DNA of 64,000 nucleotides from Peribolospora baueri. Lineage: Eukaryota. The notes under the pieces were generated by a model that saw only the letters and a list, made by a program, of their open reading frames with translations, ran no database searches and was not told the origin of the DNA. The position numbers and the translations under genes are program-made. Location of the stretch: NCBI GenBank assembly GCA_029717555.1, contig JAMDHS010000032.1, positions 1 through 64,000 of the forward strand. Direction: 5' to 3'. Positions within the stretch are counted from its first letter, which is position 1. Every line of letters begins with the position of its first letter. Positions 62,302-64,000 of this stretch are shown in pieces.

Positions 62302-64000
62302 TCATCCGCTCCACTGTAAGCCAGGAAAAAAAACCAGTTTCAATACCGCAGACATGCCAAACCTCAAGGGAGCGCAAGATAGCATCAGATAACGCCACAC
62401 AAGAGATGTGGACACTCACCTGGATCGTCTTGAGGTCGATACCTTCCTGTACCATCTCCCAAAGCGGGCTCATGTCGCGGAGTCGATTGACGACAGTAAC
62501 AATCTTCTCGCTTACGTAGTCGATCTCGGCTTCCGTCGTGAAACGGCCGATGCCAAATCGGAGTGAGCTATGAGCGTTCTCGTCGTCAAGACCTTTTATT
62601 TCAAAAATGTGGAGTTAAAATCGTGTCAGGAAGTATGCATGAATTAGGTTGAAGAATGCAGACTTCACTCACCGAGAGCACGGAGAACGTAGCTCGGCTC
62701 CAGCGAAGCCGAGGTGCAGGCAGAACCAGAGGACAGGCAAACGTCCTGTCAACGGAAACGAGCGTAGCGATGAGCACTCCGAGCGAAACGCACACAAACA
62801 ATCCACACTTCAACTCACCTTGAGTGCCATGAGGAGCGACTCTCCCTCCACGTACTTGAACGTGAAGTTCTGACAGCCAGGGTAGCCGTTAATGTCTCCG
62901 TTCTGCATAACGTGATCGATCTTGCTCGTGATGTTTCTTGTCAGGCGCTCAGCGAGACGCTTGATATGCACGTGGTCGTACTGTGTATGAGGTGCGACGA
63001 GATATTCGAGTGAGAAAGGCTGCCGATGTCATTTGGAAGTCATCATTGGGCGACGATACTTACTGCCATCTCACGCTTGGCAATCCTGCAAGCCTCTCCA
63101 AAGCCGACGATGAGCGGGGGTGCCAACGTGCCGCTCCGAAGGCCGCGCTCTTGACCGCCACCGCTGATGATAGGCTCCAGTCGGACCCTCGGTCTCCGGC
63201 GAATGTATGCAGCGCCGATACCCTTGGGGCCGTAGATCTTGTGTCCTGAGATGCTCATCAGGTCGATGTTCATCTCGTTGACATCCAGGGGGATCTTGCC
63301 TACAGCCTGGGCGGCGTCGGTGTGGAAGAAGACGCCCTTGTGCTTCCTGATTATCTCCCCGATCTCCTTGATGGGCTGGACGACGCCAATCTCGTTGTTT
63401 ACCGTCATGATGGACACGATCGCCGTCCCAGGTCGAATTGCGGCTTCGAGATCCGAGAGCCGGATAAGACCGTTCTCCTGCACAGGGAGGTAAGTGACAT
63501 CAAAGCCTTCGTCCTGCAACACACGGCAAGAGTCGAGAACACACTTGTGTTCCTAGAAGTCGGAAAATATATGACACATGCGTCAACAACCTGTCGGTCT
63601 GGAGGGACTGGCTCAAGGCACTTACGGTTTGCGTAGTAATGATGTGGTTCTTCTTTCCCTTGTAGAAGCGGGCCACACCCTTCAATGCCATGTTGTTGGT
63701 CTCGGTCGCGCCAGATGTGAAAATAATCTCCTTGGGATCTGCGCCGATGAGATCGGCAACGTGCTGCCAGAGCAAGGAAGGGTGTCAGAGCCACATTGTC
63801 CTTCGATCTCCTTACGTAAACCTATTTGGTCTGTCCCACTCACCTTCCTGGCATCATCCACCGCAGACTCGGCTTCCCATCCATACGCATGCGTTCGGCT
63901 GTGTGGGTTTCCATACTGGTTCGTGTAGAAGGGCATCATCGCATCGAGAACGCGGGGATCAACAGGCGTTGTTGCCTGAGCGTCGAGGTAGATGGGTCGG
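62302..64000 (-). CDS. NFS1: Mitochondrial cysteine desulfurase; 5' end lies beyond the window
   Basis: [61 protein letters not shown] and [11 protein letters not shown]. Confidence 0.96.

Overview
GC-rich, intron-rich eukaryotic DNA, most consistent with a basidiomycete fungus (GT-AG introns of about 90-140 nt, a Crk1-like kinase, a GPI-type chitin deacetylase). About 22 mostly housekeeping genes are supported: chitin deacetylase, HAD-IIA hydrolase, PEX2, RPS24, a Tic20/DUF4870-like protein, a small Cys-rich membrane protein, ARP1, ACL4, a small secreted Gly-rich protein, NUP192, PRM10, MRPL22, OST1, an Ime2/Crk1 kinase, a GPI Ser/Thr-rich protein, an RCC1-like protein, BIM1, a cytochrome P450, TUL1, HIS6 and a 5'-truncated NFS1. 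The ORF track misses several things read directly from the DNA: a complete U2 snRNA gene (about 55491-55675) with TATA box, variant Sm and loop-IV motifs and a strong downstream hairpin; a foldback/repeat element with a 72-nt near-perfect hairpin at 0.6-1.2 kb; two gene relics (flavin monooxygenase, MFS C-terminus); telomere-repeat boxes in the RPS24 promoter; recurrent TCACGTG boxes upstream of genes; a diverged 87-bp duplication; and a 79-nt intronic poly-T. I see no unambiguous novel multi-gene system. Gene spans were assembled by eye across introns and some start codons are approximate.
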